Source: the human T2T-CHM13v2.0 reference genome, Homo sapiens. Taken from it: DNA of 64,000 bases. This document shows positions 54,633 through 64,000 of the stretch, piece after piece. The position numbers and the translations under genes are program-made. Numbering within the stretch: the first letter of the stretch is position 1; each line of letters begins with the position of its first letter. Location of the stretch: the NCBI RefSeq assembly GCF_009914755.1, contig NC_060944.1. One strand, given 5' to 3'. The notes under the pieces were generated by a model. That model was not told the origin of the DNA, did no database searches, and saw only the letters and a list, made by a program, of their open reading frames with translations.

Positions 54633-54642
54633 CTGAGAGGCG

Positions 54643-55474
54643 ATCCATCTCTCTATTCATCTCTCTCTTTCTTTCTCTCTCTCTTCCTTTTTTCCCCATC
54701 TCTCCATCTCTTTATGTATCTCTATATCTATCTATCTGCCTATCTTCTATCAACCTATCATCTATCTGCCTGCCTGTCTGCCTGCTTATCTATCATCTAT
54801 CTGTCTATCTCTATCTGTCATCTGTCTGCCTATCTATCTGCCTATCTATCTATATGCCTGCCTATCTATTAATATCTATCTATTCCTCTATCTATATATC
54901 ATCTATCTGTCTGCCTATCTGCCTGTGTATCTATATGCCTGCCTATCTATTTATCTATTAACATCTATCTATCTATCTGCCTTTCTATCTGCCTGCCTAT
55001 CTATTTGCCTGTCCATCTATCTATCTATCTTCTATCTGCCTGCTTCTCTATCATTCTATCTATCTATCTATCTGCCTATCTAGCTGCCTGTCCATCTATC
55101 TGCCTGCCTATTTATCTATTAATATCTATCTGCCTGCCTATTTATCTATTAATATCTATCTATCTACCTGCCTATCTAGCTGCCTGTCCATCTATCTGCC
55201 TGCCTATTTATCTATTAATATCTATCTATCTGCCTGCCTATTTATCTATTAATGTCTATCTATCTATCTATCTATCTATCTACCTGCCTATCTAGCTGCC
55301 TGTCCGTCTATCTGCCTGCCTATTTATCTATTAATATCTATCTATCTGTCTATCTGATCTATCTAGCTATTATCTATCTGCCTGCCTATCTGCCTGCTTA
55401 TCTATCTACCTATCTATCTGTCTGTCTGTCCGTCCGTCTGTCTATCTATCTACCTACCTATCTGCCTATCTATC
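54643..55474. repeat. Complex (TCTA)/(TGCC)n tract with higher-order units
   Basis: ~830 bp of degenerate tetranucleotide repeat. Confidence 0.95.
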
Positions 55475-55712
55475 TGGCCTTCTGTGTGTCTCAGCTTATG
55501 GCTGCAATGCTCCAATCCCTGTCTTCATCTTCACGTGGCCTTCTGTGTGTCTTCCCCTTTTCTGACTCTTTCAAGGACACTTGTCAGTGGGTAATCCAGG
55601 ATGATCTCATCTCAGTCTCCTTAAACAAGTCTCAAAAACCCTTTTTCCAAGTAAGGTCCTATTCACCAGTTTCTGAGACATGTCTTTTGGGGGCCACCGT
55701 TCAATCCATTGT
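55475..55712 (-). mobile_element. MLT1A-C-like LTR fragment
   Basis: cttcatcttcacgtggccttct..taatccaggatgatctcatctc..ccctttttccaagtaaggtc..tttgggggccaccgttcaa. Confidence 0.8.
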
Positions 55713-55811
55713 ACTTCCTCTCCACTGTATTTAACCCTTGGGCCTCCCACAATTCAAGCTACACCTGGGAGTACCCAGTAAGCATTTGTTGAATGAACCC
55801 GTCCATTAGTT

Positions 55812-56161
<350 letters not shown>

Positions 56162-56732
56162 CTTTAGGTCACCTGGTTTTCCAGTCAACCATCAGAGGAC
56201 CCGAGTCGTGATCAGACTTAACTTCCCCCGCAAAGAGCGGGTAGGCCCCATGCATCTCCAGGTGTCCCTGGTTCTTCTTTGCCAAGGAGACAAAACAATC
56301 GGATGACCTAATTCTTCACCCAAAGCCTTGGTATCTCACCCCCTCCCTGGGGGTCACAGCAGCTAACACAGCTGTCTGGCAGAACCGCAGGGTGAAGTCA
56401 CAGCCAGCACCTGGTGGACAGCCCACTGCTGTGCGTGGAGGCGGAGTCTTCCTGGATTCTCTCAGGTTGTACCTTGGAGGCCACACTTGAGGTGTGTTAC
56501 AGAGACCAAGGGCTGGTCCAAGTCCACCCCCCAAAATAAAATTTCTGGTTTTGGGGGCACATGTTCCACAGAGGAGAAAAATACAGGAAGAGAATACCTT
56601 GAAAATAACACCATTAAGACAGATTTTTAGCCAGGAAGATACGTGGCCCATTAGGGACGTCTCTCAGTGCAGCAGACTTGCCTGGGCCTTTACTTAGTGA
56701 TTCAATCTTCAGCCCAACAGGGCCTGGGTGTC

Positions 56733-58060
56733 TTTTTTTTATTCTTTCTTTTTTAAAAAAAATAGCTTCACCGAGTTATAATTCATAAATTATACATTTT
56801 ACCCATTTAAGCATACGATTCAATGGTTTTTAATATATTTACAGATCCATGCACCTGTCATCACAGTCAATTTTAATAGACTTTCACTTCAAAAGGAAAC
56901 CGTGTAACATTTAACTATCACAGCTCTATCCTCATGCCCCACACCCAGCCCTAAACAGCCACTAAGCTACCTTTTGCCTCTAAAGATTTCTGTGTTCTGG
57001 ACTTTGATATACATGGAATCATGCAATATTTGCCTTTTGTGACTGGCTTCTTTTATTTAGCAGAGTATTTTTGAAGTTCATGTTGTAGCAGGTATCAGTA
57101 CATTATTCTTTTTTATGGCTGAATAATTAATATTCCATTGTCTGCTATACTACGTTTTGTTTATCCATCCATCCGTTGATGGAAATTTGGGTTGTTTTCA
57201 GCTATGATAAGTAATGATGCTATAAATGCTCATGTACAAGCTTCTGCTTGAACGTATGTTTTCATTTCTCTTGGGTATATACCTAAGATTGGAATTGCTA
57301 GGTCATGTGGTAGCTCTATGTTTAATCATTTGAGAAACTGCTAGACTGTTTTCCAAAGCAGCTGCACCATTTTCAATTCCTACCAGCAGCGCAGGAGGGC
57401 TCTAATTTATCCGTATCCTCTGAGAGCCGATGCTTGTTGCCATTGGACTAGATTCTAGCCGTGCTAGTGGGTGTGACATGGTGTCTCATTGTAGTTTTGA
57501 TTTGCAGTTCCCTAAACAATGGTGAGCATCTTTTCCTATGCTTATTGGCCATTTATAGATCTTCTTTAGAGATATGTCTATTCAGATCCTCTGCTCCTTT
57601 TAAAATTGGATTGCCTTTTTTATTATTGGGTTGTACGAGTTATTTATATGTTCTGGATACAAGTCTTTTATCAGACATATCATTTGCAAACAGTTCCTCC
57701 CATTTACTGTGTCATCTTTTCAATTTCTTAATAGGGTCCTTTGAAGCACAAAAACTTTTAGTTTTGAAGAAGTCCAGTTTATCTATTTTTTATTTTATTG
57801 CTCATGCTTTTGATGTAGTATCTAAGAATCCTTTGCCAAACCCAGGTTATGAAGAATTCCTCCTATGTTTTCCCCTAAGAGTTTTATAGTCGTAGCTCCT
57901 ACATTTAGCTCTTTGATCTATTTTGAATCAACTTCCTGTACGGCATGAGGTAGGAGGTTCTACTTCATTCTTCTGCATGTGGATGTCCAGTTGTTCCATT
58001 ACCATTTGCTGAAGAGACTATTCTTTTCCCCCATTGAATGGTTTTGACACTCTTGTCAAA
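56733..58060 (-). mobile_element. L1MB-type 3' end plus ORF2 C-terminal region
   Basis: atgttttcatttctcttgggtatataccta..gaaactgctagactgttttccaaagc..ctgcatgtggatgtccagttgttcc..gaagagacta. Confidence 0.92.
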
Positions 58061-58065
58061 TGGCA

Positions 58066-59650
58066 GATTTTTTAAAGGTCAAGTTTACGGAGGTATAATT
58101 TATCTAGATTAAAGTTCACCCTTTTTAGGTGCATAGTTCCAGGAATTGTGATAAACACATGCAATCTTGTGACCACTGCCACAGTCAAGATATAGAACAG
58201 TGGCATCACTCCGGAAAGCGTCCTCTGCCTCTTTGGAGTCAAGCTGCCCCTAAAATCCCTCAGTCCTTGGCCCCCAGAAACCACTGGTCTGTTTTCTGTC
58301 CTCCTATTTTTGCCTTTTCCAGCCTGGCATGTGGTGGATCATATGGAGCTGGAATCACACAGTACTTAGCCTTTTGAGTCTGGCTTCTCTCACTCAGCAG
58401 AATGCACCCGATATCCATCTGCATGGTGCCTGTATCCGTAATTTTAATAATGAGCGGTGTTCATTGCAAGGATATATCACAATTTGTTGAGGGACATTTT
58501 GTTGTTTCCAGACTGGACAACTACAAATAAGGCCATTATAAACATTCACATGCAAGTTTTTGTAAACGCGAATTTTCATTTTTCTTGCGTGAGTACCTGT
58601 AAGTGGGATGGCCAGGTCATAAAATCAATATATGGTTAACTTTATAGGAAGCTGCCAAACTGCTTTCCAAAGCAGCTGCACCATTTTACATTTGTACCGG
58701 TAATAAATGGGAGGCCTGGTTGTTCTATATCCTCATCAGCACTAGCTATTGTCAGATTTAAATTATTTTTTCTATTCTAATAAGTGTGTAGATGTATCTC
58801 TGTATGGTTTTAAGTTTCTCAAATGAGTAATGATGTTTAGCATGTGTTTATTGTCGATTCATATATCTTTTGTGAAATGCTGGTTCCAATCTTTTGCCCA
58901 TTTTCTTCAGTTGTTTTTCTGATTCCTGTGCTGAGAGAGCTCCTCCTATATTCTGAATATATGTGTTGTTAGGTATGTGTCTGGCAATCATTTTTTTCCA
59001 ATTGTGCATTGTTTATTAAGTATCTGCTACTGCATAACAAATTGCTCCCAAACTTAGGTAATTAAAATGATATACATTTATTATCTCACACAGTTTCTGT
59101 GGACCAAGAGTTCAGAAGCAGCTCAGCTAGGTGGTCCCGGCTTGGGGTCTCTCATGAGTTTGCAGTTAAGGTACCAGCCAGGGCTGCAGTCATCTGAGAG
59201 CTTGACTAAGTTCAGAGGATCTGCCTTCAAAGTGGCTCATTCATGTGGTGCTGGTCACTGGCAGGAGGCTTCTGCTCCTTTCCACACGGGCCTCTCCAGA
59301 GCACTGCTTGAGCACCCTTACGACATGGCTGCTGGCTTCCCCCTGAGTGAGCACCTAAGGCCTCTCCAGAGCACTGCTTGAGCGTCCTTACGACATGGCT
59401 GCTGGCTTCCCCCTGAGTGAGCACCTAAGAGAAAGCCAGGCCTAGCCATGACCTAGCCTCAGAAGTCACACATGGTCATTTCTACAAAAACCTGTTTAGG
59501 TTAACACAGGTCAGCCCTATTCAATCTAGGAGGACATTGTACAAGGGCATGAATGAACAATAATATGTGAGACTATTTGAAGACTGTCTTGGTAACTGGA
59601 AACCGTGTTTGTATTTTCATTTTTTCAACAGTGTTTTTCGAAGAGCATCC
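58066..59650 (-). mobile_element. Second L1M (MC/MD-like) 3' fragment, interrupted by an MLT1 LTR
   Basis: ccactgccacagtcaagatatagaaca..aactttataggaagctgccaaactgctttccaaagc; resumes after ~59605. Confidence 0.85.
59010..59605 (-). mobile_element. MLT1F-like solo LTR containing a 70-bp tandem duplication
   Basis: ctgcataacaaatt..tttattatctcacacagtttctgtgg..gggctgcagtcatctga..cagaagtcacac. Confidence 0.85.
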
Positions 59651-59849
59651 TGAGTGAATTTGATTCTCCCTTCTCAGCCTCAGTTTCTTTACCTTGAAAT
59701 GGGGCTGATGATCCCATCTTCAGGCAGGAATATTTTTCAAAGCACTTTGTGGACCACACAGTCCCTCATCTCCCTTCTCCTTCCAGGCTGTCATCAGCTC
59801 CTTGAAACTATACTCTAGCTTCTCCCAGACTCTAAGACATCCATTTTCT

Positions 59850-60200
59850 CATGAATTCATTTGCTGAAAACATTCCTGGAGCCTGAGCTGTTCCAGATGC
59901 TAAATGCTGGTGATTCCACAGCAGACAAAAGAAAATTCCTGCTTTCATGGGGCTTCTTGTGAGGACAATGACACTGGGCCAACACAAAAATGAAAGTTGA
60001 TCAGAGCAGCACCATAGCTCGGATGGCATCCATGGAGCACTGGGCGCTGGGTTTCATGTAATCCTGTGACAATCCTACAGTGAAGCAATGATCAGCTCCT
60101 TTTTATGGATTTTATAAATGTCCAGAAAGATGAAGTGATGTGCCAGGGTCATAGAATTAGTCCAGGGACTGGGACTCTGCACTGTCCGCCTCTAGAACCT
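59850..60200 (-). mobile_element. L2 tail fragment followed by MIR fragment
   Basis: cagacaaaagaaaattcctgctttcatggggctt (L2); atgtaatcctgtgacaatcc..gaagtgatgtgccagggtcat (MIR). Confidence 0.6.
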
Positions 60201-61098
60201 GGGGGAAGAGAGTCAACTCCTAAAATTCCTCAGCACCAATGAGGGGGCTTTGGATGAGGTGGGGTGGCTACTGGATTGAAGAGGAGAGGGGACCAACTCA
60301 TGAGCTCTGGCATTGCTCCCAAAAAGCCCCTCGGGACCCCCATGGCCTCCTCCACCCACACGCACACAAATCCCGGCAGAGCTGCTGACCCCTTGGCTCC
60401 TGGTCGGGGATGAGCCAAGTTTCACAAGCAATTATATTTCATGCAAGATAAAACTGCAGAGGAGACGCTTAATTAGATTCTTTCCGAACCTTAGGTTTCT
60501 TTGAAATGAAACAGCCCCAGGGCTGTGAGAGTTATGTGTATGTATGTATTCCCCTGCCCAGAAAGGGCTGCTCTCCAAGGCTGGAACGAAAACAGAGCTG
60601 ACTGCTGCTCCATTCCCTGCAAAGGTATCTGGACTGGCTCCGGTGCAGCCCCTAGCCCCCCTGCTCCCCAGCTCTGCCCATCCATCTGGCCAACGCGGGC
60701 GGGAAGCGGTCCCAGTGGGGCAGGGTGAGCCGCTTCTCGCTCGGTTGATGCCAGGTGTTGGAGTCTGAGCCCAGATGGCCCTGGTCTACCGGGAAGGCCT
60801 GCCTGGGGCAGGGGCTCCCCCCGGGGGTCCAACCAGCCTGTGGGCCTCCTCCACCAGCCTGCCCTGTCTGGGCCTCAGTCTTCCCACCTGTGAAAGCCGG
60901 CAGGGACCCTGGGAGGTGCAGCTGGAATGTGAGTTTCCTGAGGGGAGGGACCTCACCTGTGTTTCTAATGTGGGAGCCATGAACTTGAAATAGGGTCAGC
61001 GTGCAGTGGACTCACAAGGACCTGCTCAATTTGGGCTCCTAAAGGGTATGAGTCCATAGGAGAGCTCTTGTTCTTCAGGCATCTGTGCTACCTGGAAA

Positions 61099-61284
61099 AA
61101 GAGTTGCCAGGATAAATGCAGGACACCCAGTTAAATTCTAATTGCAGGTAAATAATGAGTAATCCCTTAATGTAAGTATATCCCAGGAAATATTTGGAAC
61201 ATACTTATGCTAAAAAGTTATTCATTGTTCACTCGGAATTCAAATTTAACTGGGTATCCTGTGTTTTCATTTGCTAACTCCCTA
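61099..61284 (+). mobile_element. MER53 palindromic MITE
   Basis: Arms caggacacccagttaaatt (61119-61137) and aatttaactgggtatcctg (61243-61261); approximate 8-bp TSD cctggaaa / cctgggga. Confidence 0.9.
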
Positions 61285-61554
61285 CCTGGGGAAGTTATCA
61301 GCTACCCAGAGATTCAGGGTCAGTGGAGGCGAGGTGAGGCCCGGGCATGTGCATTTTTGTCTCGTTTCCTGGACATCCTGATGCTCAGGGTCCTTCATCC
61401 ACACTTGGAGACACATGCAGTGTCTCCTTGGGGCCAAGCTCAGGAGTTGAGGATGAATGGAGGAGCAGGTCTTCCCTTCGCCTCCCCAGTTAACACAACA
61501 CGTTCCCTGCCTTCCCTGTCAGGGCCGGGGTGGGTAGCATGGTGGGGCCGCTCA

Positions 61555-61750
61555 GAAACATGGTTTAAAGCCCTGGGGTGCAGAGTCAGGCGGTCCTGGG
61601 TTCACATCCCATCTTCTCTACTCAGATCTGAGCAAGTTCTTGAGCCTCTCTGGCCTTCAGTTTCTTATAGAGAGATGGAAACAGGAGCACTTCCCAGGCT
61701 GCCACAAGGCTGGATGGAGGCCACAGCTGGGGACTGCTGAGCACAGTGCT
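61555..61750 (+). mobile_element. MIR
   Basis: cagagtcagg..cctgggttcacatccca..gagcaagttcttgagcctctctggccttcagtttc. Confidence 0.7.
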
Positions 61751-63306
61751 TCTGTGAATCATGATGTCACGGAAAGACAGTGACAACAGCAGCCCTTGCT
61801 GCGGCACATGGAGCATCCCTGTGTCTGGCGCTGTCGCAAACACTGCATTTGCTAAGTGAGCTCTCTGCTTGCCTATGCTTGGAGTCCTCATCCTGACCGG
61901 GCTCACTCTGGCTTCCCTCGGCCCCTAGCACAGGGTCCTCAGGCTACACGGCAATTACAGCACTCCTGCCGACAAATCTGCCTGCTTACCAGGATGGGCT
62001 GAGCACGTGGGCCAGACCCAAGGCACCCTGCAGACCTGGGACGAAACCTGGTCAGTGGCAGGGAAGAGAGGGGGTTCCCTATCCCGCCACCCACCTCCCT
62101 GCCACATCCTGCTTCCAGGCTCATATCCCAGGCCCAGAGGACACAAGGATGTCACCGGGTGGCAGAACAAAGGCCAAAGGGAAAACGCAATCCCAAGCCT
62201 GCAGCGGGCACCCACACTCTCCACCCTTCACCTCCCACATCTCCCCATCCGCACCCCACATTTGAGCCAAACAAGGGCTTCCAAGGATGTTAAAGGACAA
62301 CCCTCAACTAGCTGGCAGCAGGTTTGGCGTGCTCATGTCACGTGCAAGTAAATGCGTCTAAGCGGGGACATAAGCCACAGTGGAAGGAGCAGAAGACGGA
62401 GCATGGTGAGCACCACATGCGAATTCCAAGCCCTCAGTTCTGTCCTGCCTCCCTTCACTCTGGCCTGGTCTACGATTACCCCTCCTGCCACAGGCTGTGG
62501 GAGCTCCCGTGCAAATGGGAGAGGGTCCTTACCAGGAGGATAAGGGAAGGGTTCATGAAGACCCCAGAAGAGGAGGAGGGGGTCAGGGGACAAGGATTTA
62601 TGGGCATTTAGCCAACACCATCTGAAAGAGAGGTGCTAAGTCTCAGGCCATGATTTCTGGTGGGTTCTGTTGTGAATCAGTTATTTGGTCAGACTCCTTT
62701 AGGGCCTGGTAGATTGTCACTTAATGTTTCCATCTCCTGGGTGGTAGTTCTCCGACTTCCGCTCTCATTCCGCTCTCATTTCAGCCTTTTGAAGGCCCGT
62801 TGACACCCCAGAGTCCTTCACAACTACAAGTACAACCCTGGTGTCCTTCACAGCTACAAGTACAAGTCATGGGGAGCAGAACCAAGGATTCCAATCTGAT
62901 GGAGAGTCACATTTACCCTTTCAAACAGATAAGCAGGCATAGAGTGTATTATACATCAGTTTCTTGTGACTTTGGTTGATGTGAGTCCATCCCCCCAAAA
63001 AAGACCAATAAATTCTGGAGCACCTGTAAGACCTTATTTTTTGCACCTGAAAAGATGTGGTCCTCCTTTGAGGGCTTTCTTTGGGTGGCCAAACTCTCAC
63101 CCCTCTTGACTTTAGGCACCAAGCTTTGGGCTTTATTTCAAAGAGAATTCTGCATGTATCTTTGTAAATAACATTTGCATCATGCTAAGAGTTTGCTAAT
63201 GACTTTCATACATGATTCTGCATGTCCTTCTGTGTACCCTGTTGACATTTTTGTATTGAAGTCTACCTTGCTTGCAACTATAGCAAATGTCTTGAACAGT
63301 TAATAC

Positions 63307-63389
63307 TATTAGGTTGAGCCCTAGGAAATTGTCACTACTGGACTTGTTTGATCTACATAAAACAGCAGTTTCCTATGGTTCAGCCAATA
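63307..63389. mobile_element. MADE2-like mariner MITE
   Basis: Terminal inverted repeats tattaggttgagccctaggaaattg / cagtttcctatggttcagccaata, ~83 bp, TA-flanked. Confidence 0.7.
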
Positions 63390-64000
63390 ACAACTACCAT
63401 TTCCAGGGCTCTGATCACACAGGCAGGCCCCTAGTAGTATCATTGGCATTATTGTTGTCATCGTCCCTGTGAGTTTCAGAGAGGTTGAACATCTCACTCA
63501 AGGTCACACGGCAACAAATACAGGAATCATCACTTGCACCTGGAGGGCTCCAGGGAGGCCCTGGGTCCCGCTGGACCACATCTTTCCACGTCGCACTGTG
63601 GCCCTGCTGTTTCCCCGGCCAGGTCACCTTTGTCTCTTGCCTGTTGTATCTCAACAGCTTCCTGGCTGGTCTTGGTTCCTCTGGTTATTCTCCACTCTGC
63701 AGCGAAGACACCCACTGCTTAAAAGTCTCCTGAGGGCCTCCGAGGGCCTGAGGGAAAAGCGCGGCTCAGACCCTGGCTCACAGGGTCCCCCCTTCTTGCC
63801 CGATGCGTGCTACACTCAGGCCATGCTGGATTTCTTTTGAGTTTCTCTGCAAGGGCACGGACTGGCTCACCATTCAAGTGGAATGATGGGGACAGCCATG
63901 CAAACTGCACCAGTAGCCTAAGCCATTGGCTCAGAAAATGCCAGCTGAGCACCTCCTATGTGCAGGCACCTGGGTAGACAAGGAGAAAATCAGCAAAGCC

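Noticed and set aside
57461-57889. 142-aa hydrophobic ORF
   Set aside because: Antisense translation of degenerate L1 ORF2 sequence.
59289-59428. CRISPR-like or other prokaryotic repeat array (also 62806-62865)
   Set aside because: Only two adjacent copies with no spacers, in clearly primate DNA with no cas-like ORFs.

Overview
This is primate (human-like) non-coding genomic DNA, either intronic or intergenic. I find no credible protein-coding gene, tRNA, rRNA, CRISPR array or CpG island, and the ORF track is explained by Alu, L1, LTR and simple-repeat translations plus chance ORFs. Much of the window is interspersed repeat: about 12 Alu/FLAM copies, many MIR and L2 fragments, several old L1M blocks (largest about 16.6-20.5 kb and 56.7-59.6 kb), MaLR/ERVL solo LTRs (MLT1, THE1, LTR16, LTR33-like) and DNA-transposon MITEs (MER33, MER45A, MER58A, MER5A, MER103C, MER53, MADE2-like). 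Between the repeats lie about ten repeat-free blocks dense in homeodomain, SOX, TCF, PBX-HOX, FOX and TEAD motifs, some retaining CpGs. They look like an enhancer archipelago around a developmental regulator, but this is inference and I cannot name the locus. The most distinctive structures seen directly are fossil template-switch scars: a ~175-bp templated insertion with a fold-back junction inside an L1, and a perfect 28-bp palindrome abutting a 17-bp direct repeat inside an L2. Also notable are a 70-bp tandem duplication in an MLT1 LTR, reuse of one target site by two Alus, and a MER53 hairpin carrying a one-mismatch (seed) variant of miR-1302. Repeat family names come from recalled consensus sequences and old-repeat boundaries are approximate. 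I did not find evidence for a wholly new biological system.
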